Assembly: GCA_025462735.1 (NCBI GenBank)
Contig: JAOAPC010000003.1
Coordinates: forward strand, 144,391-208,390
DNA length: 64,000 nt
Direction of reading: 5' to 3'
From: Acidobacteriaceae bacterium
GTDB taxonomy: Bacteria > Acidobacteriota > Terriglobia > Terriglobales > Acidobacteriaceae
Positions 45,008 through 53,629 of this stretch are shown one piece after another; positions within the stretch are counted from its first letter, which is position 1, and each line of letters begins with the position of its first letter. Both the position numbers and the translations under genes were made by a program. The notes beneath the pieces were generated by a model. It was not told the origin of the DNA, did no database searches, and saw nothing but the letters and a program-made list of their open reading frames with translations.

Positions 45008-46149
45008 TAGAGAAAAATCCCAAGCCACCCGGTTCGCGGGTTCGCGTGCTGATCGCGAAGAACAGCGCCGTAATGACGCAGGCTCTGTGCCGCGTGGTCG
45101 AATCGGCGCCGTGGTTGCAGGTTTGTGGAACGGCGCGGCAAGGGCCAGAAACACTGGAGAAGATCCGCGACTTACGCCCGGATGTGGTCATTCTGGGCGT
45201 GGAAATGCCGGGCCTGAACGGGATTGAAGTACTGAAGCGAATCATGAAGGACTTTCCCTGCCCGGTAATCATGGTCGGCGCGCCCGAGCAAGGAGCAGAG
45301 GTGATACTTGAGGCCTTGGAGATTGGCGCCTTCGATTACCTGTCGAAATTGGACTCGGGACATGCGCGTGATCCCCGAAAGCTGAAAAGGGAGCTGATTG
45401 CAAAGATTGAAGCCGCGGCCCAAAGCCCGCTCGCTCGGAAACGTCAAGCTGCTCAGGCTTCGATGCCGCCGGATTCGGAGGGAATCAGCAGTCACGAACA
45501 TTTTCCAGTCATTCCTGAAATTGTTGCGCTCGGCACTTCTACCGGGGGGCCGAGGGCGCTGCAGCAGATCATCCCGCGATTGCCGGCCGATTTGCCAGTA
45601 GGCCTGATCATCGTTCAGCACATGCCTCCTGGATTTACGGGTCCCTTGGCGAAGCGGTTGAATACGATGTCGGACATCGAAGTGCGGGAGGCCGAACACG
45701 GCAACGTTGTCGAGCCGGGAACGGTTTACATTGCGCCCGCGGGGCAACACATTAAAGTCCAACGCAGGGCTGAGTCAAAAGCGGCGATCTGTCTGTCCGA
45801 TTATCCTGCCGGCACTATGCACAAGCCTTCTGCTGACGTCCTGATGCTGTCAGTCGCAGAGGCGTTTGGGCGCTATTCATTCGGCATTATTCTCACCGGC
45901 ATGGGCGGGGACGGACTTCGGGGCATGACTGCAATCCGCCGCGCGGGCGGAATCACGATTGGCCAGGATGAAGCCAGCAGCGCGGTCTATGGAATGCCGC
46001 GAGTATGCGCCGAGAGTGGAATCCTGCAGAGAGTCGTTCCGCTCGACCAGGTACCGCGGCAAATTCTGCAGGCGCTACGTTATCAGCCAAAAGAATTGGA
46101 CGCGAATCGCATCAATCGCGTGGACCCAATCGATCGAATGGGTTCATAG
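45004..46149 (+). CDS. cheB: protein-glutamate methylesterase CheB with degenerate receiver domain
   Basis: 381 aa. The esterase triad context is intact (GTSTGGP, VQHMPPGF, GMGGDG). The REC positions are VLIAKNSA (Asp-Asp replaced by Lys-Asn) and ILGVEMPG (phospho-Asp replaced by Gly). The TTG start overlaps the HDOD stop. Confidence 0.9.
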   Translation: MIEKNPKPPGSRVRVLIAKNSAVMTQALCRVVESAPWLQVCGTARQGPETLEKIRDLRPDVVILGVEMPGLNGIEVLKRIMKDFPCPVIMVGAPEQGAEVILEALEIGAFDYLSKLDSGHARDPRKLKRELIAKIEAAAQSPLARKRQAAQASMPPDSEGISSHEHFPVIPEIVALGTSTGGPRALQQIIPRLPADLPVGLIIVQHMPPGFTGPLAKRLNTMSDIEVREAEHGNVVEPGTVYIAPAGQHIKVQRRAESKAAICLSDYPAGTMHKPSADVLMLSVAEAFGRYSFGIILTGMGGDGLRGMTAIRRAGGITIGQDEASSAVYGMPRVCAESGILQRVVPLDQVPRQILQALRYQPKELDANRINRVDPIDRMGS

Positions 46150-46153
46150 GGAA

Positions 46154-48712
46154 TCACTTCCCGCGCGAAAGCAACGTCTGCTCCGGATCGATAACCAGCT
46201 TGCGTACACCTGCGGGCGCAGATATGTGGAATTGGGTCTCTTGCCCTTCCGCAAAAATGTGCTTTAAAAAAATATTCTTCCCGCCAACGGAAGCGTACAG
46301 AGGAACTGCCGTCACAAGCGTGTCAGGCGCTTGCTCTTGCACAATGGTGCCGCTCACCTGAGTTATGCCCTTCCCTTTATCGGTTTCTGTGAACTTCAGG
46401 TCCTTGAGTTCAAATGTGGGAATCGCGGTGCCGTTGATCCAACTTTCGTAGAACCAGTCAAGCGACTTGTGTCCCTCATACGAGAGCGAAGGCGGCAGCT
46501 CAGATTCAAGGACGCGCATCAGCTCCGCGGTGCTCACTGCCTTGTCTTCATAGTCTTTTCTAAGCTTGCGCAGAGCACGCAGAAATGGTTCGTCTTCCAT
46601 TTTTCGCGAGCTGATCGCCGCAGACGAGGCTTTGCTTTGCCCGTCGCGCATCATGGTGCGCAGCATGTGCAGCAACCAGGTCCCTCGCCCGTAGCAGACT
46701 GGTTCGTAGGAGCCTGGAAACTGGGAAGAAGAAATTCGGAACCCTAGCGTCACTGGCCCTGCGTCCATCAATGGCACTCCCCTTGAACCCTTAGCGAGCA
46801 GGTCGTCGCGGTAAGTCTGCATGATCCGGTGGAACCTGGCGGGTTCGCGTGATTCCACGAGCATTAGCGCGCTGTAGTTTGCCAACGCCTCCATCATCCA
46901 TTGATCGCGATAGCTGGTCCAGTTGACCAGGTCACCCCACCACTGGTGAGCGGTCTCGTGAGCGATCACTGTGTCCGACAGGAGTCTCCGCACCGGATCA
47001 TATTGGACCTTACTTTTCTCTTCCTGAGTGAGAAACGAATAGCTGGAAAGAAAAATAAGACCTGGCCAGCCCTGGCTCATGGCTCCCGGCATCTGCGTGA
47101 TGGCCAGTTCGCCGTATGGATACGGACCGAAGTAGCGCTCGTAAAACTCGATTGCCCTGGCTGATGCCGCTCCGACTGCCTGCGCGTTGACCGCCGGAGA
47201 CGGGAATTGCGAAGAAGGAGGAATTCTGGGGACTGAGCGCAGCCCCTCGCCCGGAGCTAGAGCGCGAGGGTTCGGGACGGCTGGAAGGGCGGAGTTGTCA
47301 ACATCGGTTGTTCCGGGAAATCCGCGTTCCACGTTGACCGTGGCGTAGGTGGTAACTACAACTTTGCCCGCGTGACTTACGGTCTGCGAATACTTGCCAA
47401 GGTTGAACCCAGCCACTGGAACCGGCCGCACCGTCACCCATTTTGAAATTTGTTCTCCTCCGGCGACGTTGATTTGGGTGCGATGTCCAGTAGCCACTAG
47501 AGTCCATCCCGGCGGATAGTGAAACTCGAGCTCGAAAGGAGCCGTCGCAAATCCACGGTTGGGATACCACGTACCGTGCTCGCCCACGTAGAGCAGTCCA
47601 TTGGCAGCTTCAGAGAGAACTGAGCCGGAATATTCAAAGGTCAATTGGAGCTTCTGACCTTTCTCGAGCCGAGAGGGCAAAATCACAGCGATGACATCAT
47701 TGCCTTGCTTAGCGAGATGTGAGCCTTCGATTGCCTGGTTGTGAATAAACTCCACGGGCTGACCACCGGCCAGCACGTGACTAACGAGGAGAAGCCGCGA
47801 GAGTTCGAAAAACAGGACCCGCTTGCTTCTCTGACGGGCCACAACGCTAAGAGTGGCCTTAGCCTCCAGGTCTTTGACCGGCTTGATGTGCGCCTGGATC
47901 TTAAAACTGGTCACGTCTACATCGGTCGGCGCAGCTTCCTCCCCCTCGCTCAGGCCGGGGCTGTTGTTAGAACTTCCGGAAGCAGGAACTGCGAATGATG
48001 TCCACACATCGTAATAGTCTTCCCCGTCCGCATGCTTGTGCTGTCCGGCTTCGACCTGCTCCTGCAACAGCGAGTCATAGCGCACGTCAAAACCGCCAAA
48101 CTTGTTTCCATGCAGATAGGCGTGCAGCATGTGATCTTTGGGAATCTCGCTTGGCGTTTTGGCGCCAGGCAACGACTCGCTGAAACTAAAGAGCAGGCGC
48201 AATGCGTCTTCCACAGCGAGATTGCGCGCAGTTGTGTCCCATATAGAGATGAAAGCTTCCGGGTCCTCGGCGGGACGCAAGTAGGGCTGCAACTCGGCAT
48301 AAACGTCATCGTTGAAACGGAAATACGCATTAGAAAATGTTTCTTCGAGAATGGCCGTGCCGGTGAAGCGCGACATAGATGCCCGCTCCATCTGGTTCGG
48401 AGGCATCAGCAACACCTCGCCGTATCCCTGATAAAACGCTCCAGTGACGCGGCCATCGACCGCTTGAGCAAATGCGATGGTTCCGTCATCTAGAGAGATG
48501 TGGACTTTGCCGCGGTCCAGCGAGGCTTCCCGGATTTTATAGACCTGCGATTTGTTCAGTCCCACCGATCTGAGCTTCAGATAAAAAGCTTGTGCGGGAT
48601 GTTGATCGTCAGGATCTGCAGGTGACTTCTGGGCACGGCTCCGGACGGCTATGGCGCAAACCACGGCACAAACAAAGATCGCGGATAAAACTACTTTGAC
48701 AACCCTAGACAT
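46154..48712 (-). CDS. M1 family metallopeptidase (aminopeptidase N-like), secreted
   Basis: Start taken at MSRVVKVVLSAIFVCAVV (signal/anchor). PGAMSQGWP (GAMEN-like) and HETAHQWWGD-x18-E are present. Confidence 0.88.
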   Translation of the reverse strand: MSRVVKVVLSAIFVCAVVCAIAVRSRAQKSPADPDDQHPAQAFYLKLRSVGLNKSQVYKIREASLDRGKVHISLDDGTIAFAQAVDGRVTGAFYQGYGEVLLMPPNQMERASMSRFTGTAILEETFSNAYFRFNDDVYAELQPYLRPAEDPEAFISIWDTTARNLAVEDALRLLFSFSESLPGAKTPSEIPKDHMLHAYLHGNKFGGFDVRYDSLLQEQVEAGQHKHADGEDYYDVWTSFAVPASGSSNNSPGLSEGEEAAPTDVDVTSFKIQAHIKPVKDLEAKATLSVVARQRSKRVLFFELSRLLLVSHVLAGGQPVEFIHNQAIEGSHLAKQGNDVIAVILPSRLEKGQKLQLTFEYSGSVLSEAANGLLYVGEHGTWYPNRGFATAPFELEFHYPPGWTLVATGHRTQINVAGGEQISKWVTVRPVPVAGFNLGKYSQTVSHAGKVVVTTYATVNVERGFPGTTDVDNSALPAVPNPRALAPGEGLRSVPRIPPSSQFPSPAVNAQAVGAASARAIEFYERYFGPYPYGELAITQMPGAMSQGWPGLIFLSSYSFLTQEEKSKVQYDPVRRLLSDTVIAHETAHQWWGDLVNWTSYRDQWMMEALANYSALMLVESREPARFHRIMQTYRDDLLAKGSRGVPLMDAGPVTLGFRISSSQFPGSYEPVCYGRGTWLLHMLRTMMRDGQSKASSAAISSRKMEDEPFLRALRKLRKDYEDKAVSTAELMRVLESELPPSLSYEGHKSLDWFYESWINGTAIPTFELKDLKFTETDKGKGITQVSGTIVQEQAPDTLVTAVPLYASVGGKNIFLKHIFAEGQETQFHISAPAGVRKLVIDPEQTLLSRGK

Positions 48713-48867
48713 GTTTTGCAGTGCTCGGACGTGCTCGATTTTGGATCGCAGCGCGCGCAAATGCATCCCGCAAAAAAGCACGTAATTGCTACAGACCACA
48801 AGGCCAGTATTTTGGCGCGACCTTGGTCACTTCGGTCCCAGCCGCTGTAACCATAGAATGCGCCTAA

Positions 48868-50289
48868 GTGCGGAGAGTTGTCACCCCATACTGTTTCGTG
48901 ATCCTTGTTGCCGGCGGGCTGGTCGCTCCAGCACTGGCGGACGTTATCCATTTGAAAAACGGAGACGTCATCCATGCAGACGAAGTGAAAGAGATTGGGA
49001 ACCGGATCGAATATCAAAAGGGTGATGATTCTTACACCATTCCGAAGTCGGTTGTTCAAAGTGTGGAGAAGACTGGAGCGCCCCAGATTGCGGCATCGGT
49101 AGGCAACCAGGTCATACCTACCTACACGCCGGCTAGTCATGCGATCGGGGAAGATCAGTTGCTGGAGCAGGTGCTTCACAGCGGAAAAGTGGACCGCGAG
49201 TGGCTGCGGGAGATTGATTCGCGCGGCAACCGGCCTAAAACCGCGATCGCCTTTTACGTTGCAGCGAAGCAGGAGTTTGAGTCAGAGGACTACGGCTCGT
49301 CGCAGCGTGATTTCGAGACTGCGCTTCGTAACGATCCGCAAAATCCCGCAATCCTGAACTTTTACGCCGCTCTGCTGATCAAAATAGGAAATGCGCGGCA
49401 CGCGCTTTTCTATGCCGAGCGCGCGGTAGAGCAGGCGCCGGATTCGCCAGACGCGTATGCTGTGCTCGGATATGCCCAATACTCTGCTGAGCACGCCAGG
49501 GACGCAATCCAAAGCTGGAGGAAGTCGATTGCGCTGCGCCCGGACACTTCCATCCGGCAGATGATTGCCCGCGCCGAACGGGAAACGCACGTTGAAAGCA
49601 ACTACACCGAACGGGAAACCGGACACTTTGTGTTGCATTATGAGGGCGCGCAGAGCTCCGAGATATTCCGCGCGCAAATACTGACCACGCTGGAATCAGC
49701 GTATCGAGATCTGGCGCAAGTGTTCGGAAGCGAACCTCGATCCAGCATTCCTGTAGTTCTCTACACCAGCCAGACTTTTTTCGATGTGACGCGTGCGCCC
49801 GGATGGATGGGCGCATTGAACGATGGCAAAATTCGCCTTCCTTTGCGCGGGATGAATTCCGTAACTCCGGGTCTTGCCCGCATACTTCGGCACGAACTGA
49901 CTCATTCCTTTGTTGAGCAAGTCACACTGGGACGTTGCCCGCAATGGCTCAATGAAGGAATGGCGCAGATGCTCGAACCGAGGTCGCTCAACCGCGGCGG
50001 CGCTTTCATGGCGCAAATGTTTAAAACGGAGCGCGAGATTCCGCTGAATTCGATCGAGGGTGGATTTTCCAACCTCTCCGGCGCGCAAGCCGACGTCGTC
50101 TATATGGAGTCGTTGGCCACCGTGAGCTACATTCGTGACCGCTACGGAATGAGCGACGTACTGCGAATTTTGGAGAAGCTGGGGCAGGGCGAGTCAATAG
50201 AGTCGGCGCTGCGTTCGACCATCCATTGCGACTACCGGCAGTTGCAGGAAGAGACCGGGGTCGCTTTGATTCGCCAGTTCGGTAGTTAA
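48868..50289 (+). CDS. TPR repeat protein with MA-clan (HExxH) peptidase-like C-terminal domain
   Basis: 473 aa. Signal peptide, TPR-like repeats (AFYVAAKQEFESEDYGSSQRDFETALRNDPQNP...), then RHELTHSF...WLNEGMAQ. Confidence 0.75.
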   Translation: MRRVVTPYCFVILVAGGLVAPALADVIHLKNGDVIHADEVKEIGNRIEYQKGDDSYTIPKSVVQSVEKTGAPQIAASVGNQVIPTYTPASHAIGEDQLLEQVLHSGKVDREWLREIDSRGNRPKTAIAFYVAAKQEFESEDYGSSQRDFETALRNDPQNPAILNFYAALLIKIGNARHALFYAERAVEQAPDSPDAYAVLGYAQYSAEHARDAIQSWRKSIALRPDTSIRQMIARAERETHVESNYTERETGHFVLHYEGAQSSEIFRAQILTTLESAYRDLAQVFGSEPRSSIPVVLYTSQTFFDVTRAPGWMGALNDGKIRLPLRGMNSVTPGLARILRHELTHSFVEQVTLGRCPQWLNEGMAQMLEPRSLNRGGAFMAQMFKTEREIPLNSIEGGFSNLSGAQADVVYMESLATVSYIRDRYGMSDVLRILEKLGQGESIESALRSTIHCDYRQLQEETGVALIRQFGS

Positions 50290-50387
50290 TAGTTCCGCTA
50301 TGGACGTCCGTCGAGTACCTTGGTGCTGAATTTGACCCGTCAGCAATAGGGTCGCGGCTGTTGCGGTGCTAATTTCGTTGTATTACC

Positions 50388-51140
50388 GTGAGCACTGTAC
50401 TGAACCAACGGGCCACGCTCATGCCCTGGAAAGATCCTCTCCAGGCGACCATCCCTGAGATTCGTTCTGGTTCTTTAGGTGCGGTTTATTACGGTCAACG
50501 CCGCAGCGGCGATTTTTACGACTTCGTTTCTGTTCCGCCACAACGCGTGCTTTTCGGTTTGTTCGACGTAGCAGGAGATCTAGAGCAAGCCCGGAAGATC
50601 ACGGCTAATCTGCAGCGGAAGTTCCGTTCTGTCGGAGCAAAGCTCCTTGAAGGAGAGGAGGCTAACGAGCCTAATTCTCTGCTTAAGCTTTGGATTGAGA
50701 TGAATCGCACGATCCTGAAATCTGCCGGCGGAGTGCATGCTTGCTCTGCCTTCCTTGCCTGTTACGACGACATAGGGGGTACGGTGTGGTACGTCAATGC
50801 GGGACATATCGCGGGCCTAGTGCGCCACAAGCGACAAATTCGACAGCTAGAGGCTACGGCGTTGCCATTTGGGCTTTTCGCGCACTCTGTGCCGCCGAAT
50901 GCATCGATGGTGACATTGAATCCAGGTGATGCCCTACTACTGGTATCAAAGGGCATCGTGGAAGCAAACTACCATGGAGAGGAATACGGACTGCGGCGGG
51001 CCGCCGAGTATTTAGATCAGTCACGGTCCGTGAGTGCGCATGAAGTTTGCGTAGGATTGTTAGATCAACTTCGACAGTTTATGCACGCTCCTCCTACGCA
51101 CGATGATGTGACAGCGATGGCGTTAGTGCGATCGCTGTAA
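50388..51140 (+). CDS. PP2C-family (SpoIIE-like) serine phosphatase
   Basis: 250 aa. SGDFYDF, FDVAGD, GD.LLLVSKG, DDVTAMAL. Confidence 0.8.
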   Translation: MSTVLNQRATLMPWKDPLQATIPEIRSGSLGAVYYGQRRSGDFYDFVSVPPQRVLFGLFDVAGDLEQARKITANLQRKFRSVGAKLLEGEEANEPNSLLKLWIEMNRTILKSAGGVHACSAFLACYDDIGGTVWYVNAGHIAGLVRHKRQIRQLEATALPFGLFAHSVPPNASMVTLNPGDALLLVSKGIVEANYHGEEYGLRRAAEYLDQSRSVSAHEVCVGLLDQLRQFMHAPPTHDDVTAMALVRSL

Positions 51141-51286
51141 GGCGTCGCAAACAGCAGGTTTTCGGAGGCCTTTCGCAGTCGATTTCCACCGAAACGGCCG
51201 TCCCTTGCAGGTTTGTCTTTTACGATTCACGGGCGTATATTAGGTACTGGAACTGCTGTGTAGTACCAGGATTGGCGAAACACACC

Positions 51287-51308
51287 AGTGGGCGCAAGCC
51301 CACTTTTT
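51287..51308 (+). terminator. leader hairpin 1 upstream of rimP-nusA (terminator/attenuator-like)
   Basis: AGTGGGC-GCAA-GCCCACT followed by TTTT. The loop is a GNRA tetraloop. Confidence 0.5.
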
Positions 51309-51326
51309 ACTTGCGGGTGGTTTCTC

Positions 51327-51358
51327 GCGGCTTGGGAGGCATCTAAGCCGCTGTTTTT
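51327..51358 (+). terminator. leader hairpin 2 abutting the rimP start codon
   Basis: GCGGCTT-(11 nt)-AAGCCGC followed by TGTTTTT, ending 1 nt before ATG 51359. Confidence 0.45.
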
Positions 51359-51853
51359 ATGGCAGTTGACCTGGATCACGTACGCGCGATCGTGGAGCGC
51401 GTGGCGGCCTCGCTGGGCGTGGAAGTCGTTGAAGTCGAACTGCGCGGCGGCGGCAAGTCACGCATGCTGCGAATTTTCATTGACAAGCCGACGGGAGTGA
51501 CGCACGAAGATTGCGCGAGCCTGAGCCGCGAAGCAAGCACGATCTTCGACGTCGAGGATGCGATGCCCGGAGGCCCATATGTGCTCGAGGTTTCGTCGCC
51601 CGGCCTGGACCGTAAGCTGTCCCGCGCCGCGGATTTTGAGCGATTTCAGGGAAGCCGGGTAAAGCTCACGACCAAAGACCCGGTCAATGGCAACAGGCAT
51701 TTCGAAGGACGGCTCGAACGCTTTGGGGCCGGGCGGCTGACTCTGGATTTAGCGGAGGCACGCAAGAAGTTTCGCCCCAAGGAAGGCACCGCCGAGAAGC
51801 TGGATATTGAATTAGCCAATGTAGAGAAGGCCAATTTGGTGCCAGAAATATAA
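51359..51853 (+). CDS. rimP: ribosome maturation factor RimP
   Basis: 164 aa. LRIFIDKP.GVT.EDC...LEVSSPGLDRKL. Confidence 0.92.
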   Translation: MAVDLDHVRAIVERVAASLGVEVVEVELRGGGKSRMLRIFIDKPTGVTHEDCASLSREASTIFDVEDAMPGGPYVLEVSSPGLDRKLSRAADFERFQGSRVKLTTKDPVNGNRHFEGRLERFGAGRLTLDLAEARKKFRPKEGTAEKLDIELANVEKANLVPEI

Positions 51854-51950
51854 GGTTTCAAGGTTTCGCAGGTTTCAAAGTTTCCAGTTTGGACGGCAGC
51901 AGTTGAGTTTTGGTTTTGAAACTTCGAAACCTTGAAACTCTGAAACCTGC
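51853..51950. repeat. inverted pair of about 8-nt periodic arrays (GGTTTCAA / TTGAAACC)
   Basis: Left arm: aaggtttc aaggtttcgc aggtttca aagtttcc. Right arm 51913-51950: gttttgaaac ttcgaaac cttgaaac tctgaaac ctgc. Located in the rimP-nusA spacer. Confidence 0.85.
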
Positions 51951-51983
51951 TTAAGGTCAGTCGTTAATAACGGAATAATTTCT

Positions 51984-53504
51984 ATGGCTAGCGAGCTTTA
52001 CAACACAATTGACGCCCTTAGCAGGGAAAAAGGAATCGATCCGCAGATTGTAGTTAGCGCGGTGGAAGACGCCATTGTTGTAGCCACGCGCAAGTACTAC
52101 AAATCGCAGGAAAACCTGCGCGCGCAGCTGGACAAAGACACCGGCAAGATTCGCGCCTTTGCGGTGAAAACCATTGTCGAAACTCCTGAGCAGATCGAAG
52201 ATCCGAATCTTCAGGTCGCGATTGACGACGCGCGTAAGTCCGATCCCAATGCCGAAGTCGGCGGCGAGCTGCAGATTCCCAAAGAGACCGAAGGGATCCT
52301 GGGACGTATCGCCGCGCAGCTGGCCAAGCAGGTTATTTTTCAGAAGGTCCGCGAAGCCGAGCGCGATACGGTTTACAACGAGTACATCAATCGCGTGGGC
52401 GAAATTGTAAACGCCACGGTGAAGAGAATTGAAGGTCCGGACGTGATTTTCGATCTAGGCAAAGCGGAATCGCGCATGCCCCGCAAAGAGCAGTCGCGGC
52501 TGGAATCTTTCGCTATGGGCGAACGGGTGCGAGTAGTAATCGCGCGGGTGGAAAAAGCTTCCAAAGGACCAGGTGTGGTAGTATCGCGCGCCGCTCCGGA
52601 GCTCGTGCAGCACTTATTTCAGACCGAAGTGCCAGAGATTTACGACGGAACAGTTGTGATTCGCGCCATTGCTCGCGAAGCCGGCGAGCGCACCAAGATC
52701 GCGGTCATGTCCAAGGACAAGGAAGTGGACGCTGTGGGCGCGTGCGTAGGGATGAAGGGCATGCGGGTGCAGTCGATCATCCGCGAATTGCGCGGAGAAA
52801 AGATTGACATCATCGAATATCACGAGGATTCCGTGACGTTCGCGGAAAAGGCGCTGCAGCCGGCCAAAGTCAGCCGCGTGACGGTGGTCGATTCCGCCGA
52901 CAAGCATCTTGAAGTTGTAGTGGATGACAGCCAGCTTTCTCTTGCGATTGGTAAGAAGGGACAGAACGTCCGCCTGGCCGCCAAGCTGCTTGGCTGGAAG
53001 ATCGACATCAAGAGCGAAGAGGAAAAACGCCAGGAAGTCGAAGCGCAGATGGCGGAGCTTACTAGCGCCACGGCTACACCGCTTGAGAGTGTGGAAGGGC
53101 TGGGCGAAGGCTTAGTCGAGAAGCTCAAGGCCGCCGGTATTTCCACAGTCGAGGCCTTGGCTGATATGACGCCCGAGCAACTTGAGGCGATTGAGGGAAT
53201 CGGCCCCAAAACGGTGGAAAAAATCAGCGTTGCGGTCAATAATTACTTCGCGGCGCTCGAAGGCGGCGAAGCGATGGCTTTGCCGGAGAACGAAGGCGAA
53301 GCGGTTTCCACAGAACCAACCGAGCAAGTGGAAGAACCCGCAGCCGAACCCGAGGCGGGAGCGGCGGAAGTCAGCGGCGAAGCCGAAACTGCAGAGCAAA
53401 CGCAAGGTGCAGAAGAAGCCGAACCCGCTTCGCAAGAATCTAATCAAGAATCTAATAAGGTGGCGGAGAACGAAGAATCTCCCGAGCCGGCAAAGAAAGA
53501 ATAG
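51984..53504 (+). CDS. nusA: transcription termination/antitermination factor NusA (acidic C-terminal extension)
   Basis: 506 aa with S1, KH1/KH2 and HhH regions, then a Glu/Ala-rich tail. Confidence 0.96.
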   Translation: MASELYNTIDALSREKGIDPQIVVSAVEDAIVVATRKYYKSQENLRAQLDKDTGKIRAFAVKTIVETPEQIEDPNLQVAIDDARKSDPNAEVGGELQIPKETEGILGRIAAQLAKQVIFQKVREAERDTVYNEYINRVGEIVNATVKRIEGPDVIFDLGKAESRMPRKEQSRLESFAMGERVRVVIARVEKASKGPGVVVSRAAPELVQHLFQTEVPEIYDGTVVIRAIAREAGERTKIAVMSKDKEVDAVGACVGMKGMRVQSIIRELRGEKIDIIEYHEDSVTFAEKALQPAKVSRVTVVDSADKHLEVVVDDSQLSLAIGKKGQNVRLAAKLLGWKIDIKSEEEKRQEVEAQMAELTSATATPLESVEGLGEGLVEKLKAAGISTVEALADMTPEQLEAIEGIGPKTVEKISVAVNNYFAALEGGEAMALPENEGEAVSTEPTEQVEEPAAEPEAGAAEVSGEAETAEQTQGAEEAEPASQESNQESNKVAENEESPEPAKKE

Positions 53505-53566
53505 GCATTTGGCATTTGCCAACGAGCGCGCTGTGACTAAATGCCAAGTGCCAATTACTAAGTGCA
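53504..53566. repeat. inverted pair of 7-nt periodic arrays (GGCATTT / AAATGCC)
   Basis: ggcattt ggcattt gcc ... aaatgcc aagtgcc aattact aagtgc, in the nusA-infB spacer. Confidence 0.75.
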
Positions 53567-53629
53567 ACAAACAAACCGTGAGGTTGATATGAAGGCTTAG
53601 CGGGAAAGTCCGGAGGGACAAAGAGGCGG

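Noticed and set aside
53595-53625. GGGAAAGTCCGGAGGG resembling the RNase P RNA conserved motif
   Set aside because: There are only about 60 nt of non-coding sequence here between nusA and infB. No room exists for a 350-400-nt RNase P RNA, so it is probably coincidental.
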